A DNA stretch of 64,000 nucleotides from Candidatus Omnitrophota bacterium (GCA_015233145.1 JADFYI010000003.1:39421-103420), one strand, 5' to 3'; counted from the first letter of the stretch, positions 55,509-64,000 are shown. The notes: generated from the sequence alone by a model not told the origin. Program-made: numbers and translations.

Positions 55509-57803
55509 TTATTTTTGGGGCAGGGTGTGAGGGATGAAGGCAACCTTTTTCTCAAGCATGGCTTCCCGTTTTTCCTCGTATTCTTTCTGGTGGCCGGTGT
55601 CCAGATACAACTGGGCCAGGGCGCTATTCGCCGTCGGGTTTAATGGATTGATCGTAATGGCTTTTTCATATTCCTGCCGTGCTTTTTCATAATCATTTTT
55701 TAAATAATAAATATGCCCAAGCCCGATATGCCCGTAGCAGTGGTTGGGGTCGATTTGCACGGCTTTTGAGTAAAACGTCTGAGCCCCGTTCATATCACCG
55801 CTTCGAAAAAGTGTCTGCCCGAGGTTGAAGTTAAGGCCGGCGTCGTTGGGGGACATTGTCAGGGCCTTTTGATAGTCGCCAATGCTTTCCGTAAAACGCT
55901 TGTGGTCGCTGTAAAGGTTGGCGCGGTTGGAATAATACTGGGCGTTTTTGGGAGCCATGGCTATGGCCTCGTTGTAGTCGGTTAAGGCCTTGAGGAAATG
56001 TTTCTGATCGTGGAAAAAGAATGCCCGTTTTTCATAATTTTCAGGATTGCGGGGATTAAGTTCAATGGCGCGGGTATAGTCGAGAATGGCTTTCTCATAT
56101 TCTTTTGTTTCGTTATAGGCATCGGCTCTGCTGCGGTAAACATCGTCGGATTTTGGATGGATTTTAAGGAATTTGTTGAGGTCCTTAATGGCCTTGTCAT
56201 AATCTTTCTGTTGGACATAGAACGCTGCGCGGTTTTGATACGAGCTTGCATACTCAGGGCAGAGGGTGATGGCCTTGTTAAGGTCATCTAAGGCTTTGGC
56301 CATGTCATTATGCGCCATATGAATGACCGCGCGGTTGCTCAAGGCCTTGCATTCCCGGGGAGCAATGTCAAGGGCGAGGTTAAGTTCTGTGAGGCAGTTG
56401 TCATAATCTTTTTTAAGGCAGTAAGCGCTTCCCAAATTAAGGTGCGGGGAGTGCTTTTCAGGTGATTTTTTGACGACGTCCTGCCAGAGGGCAATGTCTG
56501 TTTTCCAAACTTCATTGCGTGCAAAAGTTGTTGCCGCAAGAATAAAAGCCGCAAAGACTGTTGCCGCGGCTTTTAGCCAGGTATTTTTGTTGTTCTGGAA
56601 AAGAAGAGCCAGGGCCGACCAATAGATTCCAATACCGGCCAGATAGGCCTTGTGTTCAAAAATAACAAACATCCGCGGCACAAGGTTGGCGCACAGGGTA
56701 ATAAAAAACCACCAGATGCCGAAAGAAACAAGGATGTTTTTTCGTCGGATTTGAAAAGAGAACCAGAGCAGAAAAGACAAGACCAGGAAACTCAAGAAAG
56801 TGGTGATGGGTTCAAACAGGCTTATAGATTTTCGAAAGTCATAATCAATGTTCTGGCCTGCAGGGATAAAAATAAGGCGCAGGAATGTGGCAAAAACCCT
56901 GAGCTGTGTCAGAAGGTATTCATGGAAATAAATCATTTCATTCTCGTGGCTTGCAGAGTGGATGGGGTGGCCCAGCCCGAGGATATCAAAAGAGAAGAAT
57001 GCCGGGACAATTAAAAAAAGGCCTGCAGCCGAAAAGATAAGCAGCCAGGGGATTTTTTTTCTCAAGGAAGGAATCGTACGAAAGAATGCGAATTCAATTA
57101 CAATAACCATCACAGGCAGCGTAATGACGGTTTCTTTGCTTAACATCCCTGCGATGGCCGAGACAAGCGACCCGGCAAAAAAGATAAAACGCAGGCTGTT
57201 TTTTTCACAAAGACGCGCCTGGATAAAAAAGAAGACAGCGCCTACGTAAAACATGGCAGCCATGGATTCAAAACGCTGGGTAATGTAAGTGACGGCCTGG
57301 GTGTTCACCGGGTGGATGAAAAAAATAAGGGCTGCCAGGAAAGGCAACAGGAAACGGGTTTCCAGAGAAATGAGGGCATCGTCTTTCAGGCGAGGCGTTT
57401 TAAACAGGGAATAACCGGTTGCCCAAACCAGGCATGTTGTTAAAAGGTGGATTAAGAAATTCACAAGGTGATATCCGAAGACATCAAGCCCGTTAAAGTG
57501 ATAATTTAAGGCAAATGTAAAAAAAGTAAGATACCGGGCATGGGTAGAGATCACACCTTGCCCCATTTCCCAAAGGCTTGAAATTTTTCGAATGCTCGGG
57601 TTTTGTACGATAAAAGGGACATCATCCAGATGAAATTCGGAATAAAACGTATGGGAGTAAGCCAGTATTCCCAGAATAACCATTCCCAGCGCTCCCAGGA
57701 TTACGGTTTGGCGCGAGGGGGTCCATACTGCACGGCCAGGCCTTTTGGAAGAGGCAGGGGCATCAGGTTTGGTTTTCTTTATTGAAGAGTTCTTTTTTGA
57801 CAT
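55509..57803 (-). CDS. TMTC-like protein: N-terminal polytopic membrane domain (DUF1736/GT-C-like) fused to a C-terminal array of TPR repeats
   Basis: This is the only minus-strand protein gene in the window. The N-terminus reads ...TVILGALGMVILGILAYSHTFYSEFHLDDVPFIVQNPSI, followed by about 10 TM helices. At least 8 TPR units follow (e.g. AYCLKKDYDNCLTELNLALDIAPRE ; YSNRANLYSDHKRFTESIGDYQKALTMSPNDA). Confidence 0.65.
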   Translation of the reverse strand: MSKKNSSIKKTKPDAPASSKRPGRAVWTPSRQTVILGALGMVILGILAYSHTFYSEFHLDDVPFIVQNPSIRKISSLWEMGQGVISTHARYLTFFTFALNYHFNGLDVFGYHLVNFLIHLLTTCLVWATGYSLFKTPRLKDDALISLETRFLLPFLAALIFFIHPVNTQAVTYITQRFESMAAMFYVGAVFFFIQARLCEKNSLRFIFFAGSLVSAIAGMLSKETVITLPVMVIVIEFAFFRTIPSLRKKIPWLLIFSAAGLFLIVPAFFSFDILGLGHPIHSASHENEMIYFHEYLLTQLRVFATFLRLIFIPAGQNIDYDFRKSISLFEPITTFLSFLVLSFLLWFSFQIRRKNILVSFGIWWFFITLCANLVPRMFVIFEHKAYLAGIGIYWSALALLFQNNKNTWLKAAATVFAAFILAATTFARNEVWKTDIALWQDVVKKSPEKHSPHLNLGSAYCLKKDYDNCLTELNLALDIAPRECKALSNRAVIHMAHNDMAKALDDLNKAITLCPEYASSYQNRAAFYVQQKDYDKAIKDLNKFLKIHPKSDDVYRSRADAYNETKEYEKAILDYTRAIELNPRNPENYEKRAFFFHDQKHFLKALTDYNEAIAMAPKNAQYYSNRANLYSDHKRFTESIGDYQKALTMSPNDAGLNFNLGQTLFRSGDMNGAQTFYSKAVQIDPNHCYGHIGLGHIYYLKNDYEKARQEYEKAITINPLNPTANSALAQLYLDTGHQKEYEEKREAMLEKKVAFIPHTLPQK

Positions 57804-57874
57804 GCAAAGTATTATAACAAATGTATAATTGGATAGGATTTCAATCCGGTTTTTTCATCAGAAAAGAAAAAGGC

Positions 57875-58633
57875 ATGGAAAATTTAGAAGCCCAGGAAGT
57901 TTTGCTCAGATGGGGTGATCACGGAACCCCTAAGTCTGCGATTTTTGATGACAAGTATTTTTGTGAAGATCAGGGGTATGAAGAAGCGGTTTATGTCTGT
58001 TGTGAGGGGAATTCTTTGCAAAAGCGCTTCTCCGGCCTTGATCCACAGAAAAAGGGGACTTTTACTGTTCTGGAAACCGGTTTTGGCACGGGGTTGGATT
58101 TTTGCTGTGCCTGGCAGGTTTGGGACGAATATGCACCTGTCTCCTGGAAACTCCATTTTATTTCTGTTGAATTGTACCCGCTTTCTTCGGAGCAGGTAGG
58201 CCGGGCCCTGGGCCTTTGGCCGGCATTGTCCGGTTATAAAGACAGCCTTGTGTCGCAGTACCAGTTTTCAATCCATGATATTAAGAATTTTTATTTTAAT
58301 GACCAGCGGGTTTGCTTAACCATTGCCTTTGACCATGTTGTTTTGGCGCTTTCAAAAATCAAGGAAAAACGCCTTGCACCCCAGGGGGCTGATGCCTTGT
58401 TTTTAGACGGGTTTGCGCCTTCCAAGAATCCGGAAATGTGGTCACCCGAGGTTTTTAAAGCCATGGCCGCATTAAGTCATGAAGGAACAACGCTTTCGAC
58501 ATTTACTGTGGCAGGAAACGTGCGCAGGGGGCTTGAGGCCGCAGGATTCACAGTCCAGAGGGTTCCCGGCCATGGAAAAAAACAGCACATATTGACAGGC
58601 TTTTTTAACCCGCAGGGCCTTGCGGTTCAATAA
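57875..58633 (+). CDS. MnmC-like SAM-dependent methyltransferase domain protein (tRNA mnm5U34 methyltransferase domain, DUF752-type)
   Basis: FTVLETGFGTGLDF...; ...ADALFLDGFAPSKNPEMWSPEVFKAMAALSHEGTTLSTFTVAGNVRRGLEAAGFTV matches the MnmC N-terminal methyltransferase domain. No FAD oxidase domain is present. The start was set at ATG 57875 (AAAGG RBS); 57821 is an alternative. Confidence 0.6.
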   Translation: MENLEAQEVLLRWGDHGTPKSAIFDDKYFCEDQGYEEAVYVCCEGNSLQKRFSGLDPQKKGTFTVLETGFGTGLDFCCAWQVWDEYAPVSWKLHFISVELYPLSSEQVGRALGLWPALSGYKDSLVSQYQFSIHDIKNFYFNDQRVCLTIAFDHVVLALSKIKEKRLAPQGADALFLDGFAPSKNPEMWSPEVFKAMAALSHEGTTLSTFTVAGNVRRGLEAAGFTVQRVPGHGKKQHILTGFFNPQGLAVQ

Positions 58634-59220
58634 TGGGAGAATCGGCCATGATTGTTCTTATTGCGATTGTTTTTTTTGCGGTTTTTTCTGTGATGTCGCA
58701 GTATAACCGCCAGGTGGCCTTGCGCAGCCGCCTTGAGGAGGCATTAAGCGGAGTGGACGTGCAGCTGAAACGCAGGCACGACCTTATCCCGAATCTTGTT
58801 TCGATTGTGAAAGGCTATGCCCGCTATGAAAAAGACCTTTTGGAAGAAGTGACTTTGGCGCGCAGCAAGGCTGTTCAGTGGGACAATACCATCGAACGCG
58901 CCAGGGCCGAGGGCCAGCTGGCCTTGGGATTGAGGAGCCTTTTAGCCGTTGCCGAAAGGTATCCTGATTTGAAGGCCAATCAGAGTTTCTTGGGTTTGCA
59001 AACATCTCTGGTAAAAGTTGAAGACGAGCTTCAAATGGCGCGGCGCTATTACAACGGGACAGTGCGCGATTACAATGTCTGCATTAAATCTTTTCCCGGA
59101 AATGTGGTGGCAGGGATGTACGGTTTTAAACCAGCGCAGTTTTTTGAAATTGAGTACGCCACAGACCGTGCGGTTGTGGATGTCAGCTTTTCACAATCCC
59201 TAAAAGGAGAGGGCGCATGA
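58633..59220 (+). CDS. lemA: LemA family protein
   Basis: N-terminal TM, then ...LRSRLEEALSGVDVQLKRRHDLIPNLV...ARYEKDLLEEVTLARS...RRYYNGTVRDYNVCIKSFPGNVVAGMYGFKPAQFFE, the diagnostic LemA core. Confidence 0.8.
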   Translation: MGESAMIVLIAIVFFAVFSVMSQYNRQVALRSRLEEALSGVDVQLKRRHDLIPNLVSIVKGYARYEKDLLEEVTLARSKAVQWDNTIERARAEGQLALGLRSLLAVAERYPDLKANQSFLGLQTSLVKVEDELQMARRYYNGTVRDYNVCIKSFPGNVVAGMYGFKPAQFFEIEYATDRAVVDVSFSQSLKGEGA

Positions 59221-61124
59221 AAAAAGTTTTGACAGCATTGTTTTTCACCTTCTGTTTGGCCGCCTCTTCGCTGGCTTGGGCGACTGAACGGATTTTGTCT
59301 TTTCACAGTGATGTTGATGTGCATTATAACGGATCCATGGCTGTCACAGAAACCATCCGCGTGCATGCCGAGGGCCAGAGGATCCGCCACGGGATTTACA
59401 GGGATTTTCCGACACATTATCGAGGCCGCGGGGGTGAAAATGTTGTTGTGGATTTTAATCTTGTTTCGGTCTTAAGAGATGGGGTTGGGGAGGATTATCA
59501 CACCGCGGTTCAGCCTAACGGTATTCGCATTTATATCGGCCGAAAAGACTCTTTTTTGCCTCAAGGCGATTACACATATGTTGTCACTTATTCTACAAAT
59601 CGTCAGTTAGGATTCTTTAAGGACCACGACGAATTATATTGGAACGTGACTGGAAACGGCTGGGCTTTTGATATTGAACAGGCTTCGGCGACGGTGAATC
59701 TTCCTCGTGCCGCTCTGGATAAGGTTAAGTTTGTTGACGCATTTACCGGAGGGTACGGCGCTGTCAAAAAGAATTTCTCAACCCGAAAGGGTGAGAATGG
59801 GGAGGTTGTCTTTGAGACAACGCGCGCCTTAAGTCCCAGGGAAGGGCTTACGGTTCTTGTGACCTGGCCCAAAGGATACGTTGAGGAGCCTTCTTCATCT
59901 CAAAAATTTGAGCTTTTTGTCAAAGACAATCTTGGTATTATTTTTGGTGTTAGTGGCGTCATTGTTCTTTTTTTATTTTTCTTTTTTGTGTGGAATCAGG
60001 TGGGGCGGGACCCGGAAAAAGGGACGATTATTCCGCTTTTTTATCCGCCTGAAGGCCTTTCTCCGGCGGATGTCAGGTATCTGATGAAAATGGGGTATGA
60101 CCAGAAGATCATTGCCTGTGCGGTCATTAATATGGCAGTCAAAGGGTATTTGACGATTGAAGAGCAGGACAGCGTCAGATATCTTCGCAGGACTGAAAAG
60201 AAAGAGGACGTCCTTTTGCCCGAGGAAAAAGACTTGGCGAAATTGTTTTTTAGCAACGGCATGGTGTTAAAGCTTTCCAATGAGAATTATGAAGTTATCG
60301 GCGCTGGTGTCAGGCAGTTTCAAAGAACATTGGCCAGAAATTTTGAAAATACTTATTTTGTGACGAACAGAAATTATTTCTTGATCGGGCTTGCGCTGTC
60401 TCTGGCCGTTGTCGGAGTTTCGGCGGCGCTGGGCGCCCGCCAGCCGGCAATGGCGGTTTTTATGGGGTTCTGGCTTTCCATCTGGACTGTGGGGACATCA
60501 GCCATGTCCGTTGCAATTGCCCAGAAGTGGCAGGGGATCTGGAGCGGCAGGGGAGAGCCGGTGTCTGCGGTATTTTTAACTCTTTTTTCTTTACCTTTTT
60601 TTGCCGGGGAAGTATTTGGCCTCTGGCTTTTTGCCGGCGCGGTGTCCATAGGCGTTGTTATGGTTCTCGTGGCCGTTATTGTGATGGACGTGGTTTTTTA
60701 TCATTTGCTTAAAGCTCCCACCATGCAGGGACGGAAAATTATGGACCAGGTCGAAGGCTTTAAAATGTATCTTTCGGTTGCGGAAAAAGACCGTTTGCAA
60801 ATGGCAGGCGCGCCCGTTGATTCAAAAGAAATTTTTGAAAAGTATTTGCCGTATGCCCTGGCATTAAATGTGGAACAGCCGTGGTCGGATCGTTTTGCCC
60901 GTATTTTGGAGCAGGCAGGAGAAGGTGGCAGGGCCTACCATCCTTCCTGGTATTCGGGTGCTCTTTGGTCGTCAACAGGATGTGCCGGATTTGCCTCGAT
61001 TTTAGGGGGAACGTTGTCCAATACAATCAGTTCTTCCGCGGTGGCGCCAGGCTCAAGCTCTGGCGGCGGAGGCGGCGGGTTTTCAGGTGGCGGCGGCGGA
61101 GGCGGTGGTGGAGGAGGATGGTAA
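59217..61124 (+). CDS. DUF2207-domain membrane protein (canonical LemA partner) with Gly-rich C-terminal tail
   Basis: Signal peptide, a large extracytoplasmic beta-rich domain, multiple TM helices, and a C-terminal ...SSGGGGGGFSGGGGGGGGGGGW. ATGA overlap with lemA. Confidence 0.7.
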   Translation: MKKVLTALFFTFCLAASSLAWATERILSFHSDVDVHYNGSMAVTETIRVHAEGQRIRHGIYRDFPTHYRGRGGENVVVDFNLVSVLRDGVGEDYHTAVQPNGIRIYIGRKDSFLPQGDYTYVVTYSTNRQLGFFKDHDELYWNVTGNGWAFDIEQASATVNLPRAALDKVKFVDAFTGGYGAVKKNFSTRKGENGEVVFETTRALSPREGLTVLVTWPKGYVEEPSSSQKFELFVKDNLGIIFGVSGVIVLFLFFFFVWNQVGRDPEKGTIIPLFYPPEGLSPADVRYLMKMGYDQKIIACAVINMAVKGYLTIEEQDSVRYLRRTEKKEDVLLPEEKDLAKLFFSNGMVLKLSNENYEVIGAGVRQFQRTLARNFENTYFVTNRNYFLIGLALSLAVVGVSAALGARQPAMAVFMGFWLSIWTVGTSAMSVAIAQKWQGIWSGRGEPVSAVFLTLFSLPFFAGEVFGLWLFAGAVSIGVVMVLVAVIVMDVVFYHLLKAPTMQGRKIMDQVEGFKMYLSVAEKDRLQMAGAPVDSKEIFEKYLPYALALNVEQPWSDRFARILEQAGEGGRAYHPSWYSGALWSSTGCAGFASILGGTLSNTISSSAVAPGSSSGGGGGGFSGGGGGGGGGGGW

Positions 61125-61173
61125 TTTTCAAAGGATTCTTTGAAAATTACCCTTAATTAACAAGGAGTCAAAC

Positions 61174-62043
61174 ATGTTAAGTCCTAATTTAAAGAAACAA
61201 TTTTTGAGCGCCCAGAAGAATGAAATAACCGAGCACGTTGTTTACAAACAGTTGGCACGGGTTGTAAAAAATGATGCCAATGCCCAGGTGTTGGAAAAGA
61301 TTTCCGCAGAAGAGTTGGCGCATTATGAATACTTCAGAGCCATGACAGGCGAAGACGTAAGGCCTGATCATTGGAAGGCCGTATTTTACGCCAATATTTC
61401 GAGGATGCTGGGTTTGAATTTCGGATTGAAATTAATGGAAAATGGCGAAGGCCTGGCCCAGGATACTTATAACAATTGGAAAGCGGAATTCCCCAAGATT
61501 GATCTTATTATGCAGGAAGAAAAAGAACATGAGGCTGCGCTTTTGAATCTCATTAATGAAGACCGCCTGAATTATGTCAGTTCCGTGATCCTGGGACTCA
61601 ATGATGCCTTGATTGAGCTCACAGCAACAGTGGCCGGCTTTACCCTGGCGTTGCAAAACACAAAACTGATCGGCATGCTGGGGCTTATTACAGGCATAGC
61701 CGCTGCCATGTCCATGGCGGCTTCCGAATATCTGGCCACAAAACATGAGGCAGAGGCCAAGGACCCGTTAAAGGCCAGTATTTATACCGGGCTTTCTTAT
61801 ATCGGGGCTGTGGCAATACTGGTTTTACCGTATTTCTTGTTAAGTAATATTTTTCTATGCCTCATCGTAACAATTTCCTTGTCCCTTATTATTATTTTGA
61901 TCTTTACCTTTTATACGTCGGTGGCGCAAGGCCTTGATTTTAAGGGCCGTTTTTGGGAAATGGCTATTTTGAGCGTGGGCATTGCAGGAGTAACGTTTTT
62001 AATCGGCCTTGCCGCGAGAAAAATTTTTGGCATTACCGTGTAA
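61174..62043 (+). CDS. VIT1/CCC1-family iron/manganese transporter with N-terminal ferritin-like (rubrerythrin-like) domain
   Basis: N-terminal ...ITEHVVYKQLA...ELAHYEYF (ferritin-like EXXH pairs), then VIT-type TM helices (SVILGLNDALIELTATVAGFTLA...). Confidence 0.65.
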   Translation: MLSPNLKKQFLSAQKNEITEHVVYKQLARVVKNDANAQVLEKISAEELAHYEYFRAMTGEDVRPDHWKAVFYANISRMLGLNFGLKLMENGEGLAQDTYNNWKAEFPKIDLIMQEEKEHEAALLNLINEDRLNYVSSVILGLNDALIELTATVAGFTLALQNTKLIGMLGLITGIAAAMSMAASEYLATKHEAEAKDPLKASIYTGLSYIGAVAILVLPYFLLSNIFLCLIVTISLSLIIILIFTFYTSVAQGLDFKGRFWEMAILSVGIAGVTFLIGLAARKIFGITV

Positions 62044-62127
62044 GGCGTTATTAAAATTTTTAATTTCAGTGATAAGAAAATTCTTTTTTGATGGTATGAT
62101 ATTTTTGTATCATTAATGGAGGAAGAT

Positions 62128-62505
62128 ATGATTTTAGTAAGACTTTTTCTTTTGAGCGCATCAATATTATTGTTGGCGCCTTTGGCTGTAAAGGCTGATG
62201 TGGGAGTGGACCCCAAGGTTTATCACGAACAGCGCCAGGCTGAGAAAAGGGCACGGCTTGAAGCTTTAGCCGCGCAAAAAAATGCGCCTCGGCCCGTGAC
62301 TGAAGAGCGACGCAGAGCTTCAACGCCAAAGCCGTCTGTTGTAAAACATAAGGTTGTTCCAGTGGAGAATGCTCCTGAAAATGTTTTGAAAGCCGGTGAG
62401 CATGCTCAGGATAAAGAAACAGCTCCTTTGGAGCCGGCGCGCAGTGAGATCCTGACCGTTAATGCCGCGGCAGTCCCGAATGATTTGCCTTCGGAGACAA
62501 AGTAA
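62128..62505 (+). CDS. small secreted low-complexity (Ala/Pro/Glu/Lys-rich) hypothetical protein
   Basis: Signal peptide MILVRLFLLSASILLLAPLAVKA after a GGAGG RBS. No domain recognised. Confidence 0.35.
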   Translation: MILVRLFLLSASILLLAPLAVKADVGVDPKVYHEQRQAEKRARLEALAAQKNAPRPVTEERRRASTPKPSVVKHKVVPVENAPENVLKAGEHAQDKETAPLEPARSEILTVNAAAVPNDLPSETK

Positions 62506-62564
62506 TTTTGATAAACATTTTTTCCTTCCTAAAACAATGAAATTCTGCCGAGAGATTTCCTGAT

Positions 62565-62894
62565 ATGACGTTTGAAGAGTTATTGTCTGAAGTTAATAAA
62601 ATCAAATGTGAAGAAAAACGCGGCGAGACGCCGGACTATCTTGAAGTTGTTGTTGGCAAGGCGGAATGGGGAAAGTTGACGGACATTCTTTCTTCCTATT
62701 GGGGGCAGGCCTTTAAGCCCGAGGGGGCTTCACCTTCCCGTGAGGCTGATTTATATTCCAAAGACTTTGGGGGCATCCAGAAGAATCAAACAATGTATTT
62801 TCGAAAGAATGGCAATGGTTGCGAACTTGCCCTTGTGTGGCCGTGGGGAAGCGGGAATTCTTTAACGGCTAAACTTATCAGAAAATCTTCCTGA
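62565..62894 (+). CDS. 109 aa hypothetical ORF in frame with, and immediately upstream of, rho (separated by one TGA); possibly the detached N-terminal region of Rho
   Basis: Same reading frame as rho (62565 and 62913 are both ≡0 mod 3), with only a TGA at 62892–62894 between them. The composition is protein-like. It has no clear similarity to the canonical Rho OB-fold motifs. Confidence 0.35.
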   Translation: MTFEELLSEVNKIKCEEKRGETPDYLEVVVGKAEWGKLTDILSSYWGQAFKPEGASPSREADLYSKDFGGIQKNQTMYFRKNGNGCELALVWPWGSGNSLTAKLIRKSS

Positions 62895-62912
62895 TCCCGG
62901 AATTCAAGTTTC

Positions 62913-63890
62913 ATGAAAAATTTCTATCATCGTTCTAAAACCAACCAGGCACCACGGCGTACGTCTTCTTATGCCAGGCCCCAGCATCCGCATCCAAAGG
63001 TCTTTCGCACCACTGATGAGGCGGAAAGCCTGTTTTTGGCTGGTGTTCCTGTGGATCCTTCTCCGCGGATACGTCTTGAGGACGGTTGTCAGGAGCTGAC
63101 CATGCGCGCCATGGACCTCATTTGCCCTATCGGCATGGGGCAACGCGGGCTTATTGTGGCGCCGCCCGGCTCAGGGAAAACCACAATCCTCAAGCACATT
63201 TGTCAGGCTGTGTCCAAGAGCGCTCCTGGCGTAAAAATTTATTGCCTTTTGATTGATGAAAGGCCGGAAGAGGTGACCGATTTTCGTCGCAGCGTTACGG
63301 CCGAGGTGAGATGGTCATCGTCAGATCAGAGTTATGACCACCATGTGGCAACCGCAGATGAACTCATGCGCCAGGCCATGCTCGAAGCCGGCAAGGGTGA
63401 GAACGTGATGGTTTTAATCGACTCCTTAACAAGGCTGTCGCGCGTGCATAACGCGGAAAGGCGTTCCAGCGGGCGCACGCTTTCCGGAGGGGTTGATGCC
63501 CGCGCCCTTGAAGTCCCCCGGCGGATTTTTGGCTCGGCCCGCAAGATTGAAAATGGCGGGTCGCTTTCGATCCTTGCAACCATTCTCATTGAAACCGGGA
63601 GCCGGATGGATGAGGTTATTTTTGAGGAATTTAAAGGCACGGGGAACATGGAGGTCGTGCTTTCGCGCGAGATTGCCAATCGAAGAATTTTTCCGGCCAT
63701 TGATATTTCCAAAAGCGCAACCCGCAAGGAGGAGCTTTTGCTTCTTCCCGACGAGCGTGAACAGATATCAAAGATCCGTCGTGTTTTGGCCGGGCTTAAC
63801 CCGGTTGAGGCCATGCAGTCTTTGGTTGAGCAACTGGAAAAATATCCCACTAATAATGAGCTTTTGGCTGCTGTCCGCGGCCGGGCTTGA
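62913..63890 (+). CDS. rho: transcription termination factor Rho (RecA-like ATPase domain complete; N-terminal RNA-binding domain not recognisable in this ORF)
   Basis: AMDLICPIGMGQRGLIVAPPGSGKTTILKHI (Walker A); VKIYCLLIDERPEEVTDFRR (Q-loop/Walker B); SGGVDARALEVPRRIFGSARKIENGGSLSILATILIETGSRMDEVIFEEFKGTGNMEVVLSREIANRRIFPAIDISKSATRKEELL. This is near-identical in pattern to the E. coli Rho C-terminal domain. Only about 62 aa precede the ATPase domain. Confidence 0.8.
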   Translation: MKNFYHRSKTNQAPRRTSSYARPQHPHPKVFRTTDEAESLFLAGVPVDPSPRIRLEDGCQELTMRAMDLICPIGMGQRGLIVAPPGSGKTTILKHICQAVSKSAPGVKIYCLLIDERPEEVTDFRRSVTAEVRWSSSDQSYDHHVATADELMRQAMLEAGKGENVMVLIDSLTRLSRVHNAERRSSGRTLSGGVDARALEVPRRIFGSARKIENGGSLSILATILIETGSRMDEVIFEEFKGTGNMEVVLSREIANRRIFPAIDISKSATRKEELLLLPDEREQISKIRRVLAGLNPVEAMQSLVEQLEKYPTNNELLAAVRGRA

Positions 63891-64000
63891 CAAAGATGTC
63901 TTCTTTTTTGGATTCTACTCCCCAGACCGATTTCGGCCTCCAGCCTTTGGATGAAGTGATGACGCGTTTAGGGCTTTCCAATGCGGATTTAGTCCGGGTT

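Noticed and set aside
62892-62894. Possibility that the genome uses UGA as a sense codon (code 4/25), which would fuse the 109 aa ORF to rho
   Set aside because: TGA terminates many well-defined genes here, including several ATGA overlaps (12268, 22451, 25089, 27808, 40921, 48369, 59217). Genome-wide recoding is therefore unlikely. The rho TGA must be a local phenomenon (error, pseudogene or readthrough).
1-64000. CRISPR arrays, integrases or transposases, prophage genes
   Set aside because: I looked for regularly spaced direct repeats and for recombinase-like ORFs and found none. The only mobility hint is the short att-like duplicate of the tmRNA 3' end.

Overview
This 64 kb window, about 45% GC, is almost entirely co-directional on the + strand: of the protein-coding genes only one sits on the minus strand, alongside a minus-strand tRNA-Leu. 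Gene organisation is bacterial and uses the standard genetic code, with TGA serving as a stop codon at several ATGA gene overlaps. No CRISPR array and no integrase or transposase gene was found.

In order along the window:
- **1–3.3 kb:** the 3' part of a CheB-CheR-PAS-histidine kinase fusion, followed by a CheY-like receiver. A tRNA-Leu(CAG) lies on the minus strand just downstream.
- **3.7–11.8 kb:** a two-partner secretion system in TpsB-then-TpsA order, i.e. a ShlB/FhaC-family transporter followed by a 1890 aa TpsA exoprotein. The TpsA carries four ~125 aa internal tandem repeats.
- **11.9–13.3 kb:** three prepilin-type minor pilins (PilV/GspH-like, PilW/GspJ-like, PilX_N-like).
- **13.5–32.3 kb:** a Wzx/Wzy-type exopolysaccharide or capsule locus. 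It comprises a small HTH gene, an outer-membrane beta-barrel protein, a WbaP-like priming transferase, gmd, Wza-like and Wzc-like export proteins, a Wzy-like polymerase and a Wzx flippase. These are followed by five glycosyltransferases, an acetyltransferase, a secreted glycoside hydrolase and rmlBACD.
- **32.4–36.4 kb:** a tandemly duplicated two-gene module (lipoprotein plus TM-HAMP protein). The two copies bracket a secreted HExxH protein and galE.
- **36.5–38.5 kb:** smpB, a nucleotidyltransferase-fold gene, tmRNA (ssrA), and a palindrome-dense spacer that contains a degenerate copy of the tmRNA 3' end.
- **38.5–50.5 kb:** a signalling-rich stretch with a REC-histidine kinase hybrid, a dual-REC protein, a CheY-like protein and an SPFH/band-7 protein. 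It also carries a GT-C-like membrane protein, a START-like protein, a UbiA prenyltransferase, an OmpR/histidine kinase pair and an orphan REC.
- **50.7–55.5 kb:** a 1302 aa repeat-rich autotransporter and an alpha/beta hydrolase.
- **55.5–64 kb:** a TMTC-like TPR membrane protein on the minus strand, an MnmC-like methyltransferase, a LemA/DUF2207 pair, a VIT1-family protein, and Rho.

Rho is unusual here. Its ATPase domain lacks a recognisable N-terminal OB-fold, and a 109 aa ORF sits in the same reading frame immediately upstream, separated from it by a single TGA.

All calls rest on motif and architecture recognition in the translated ORFs. No database search could be run.
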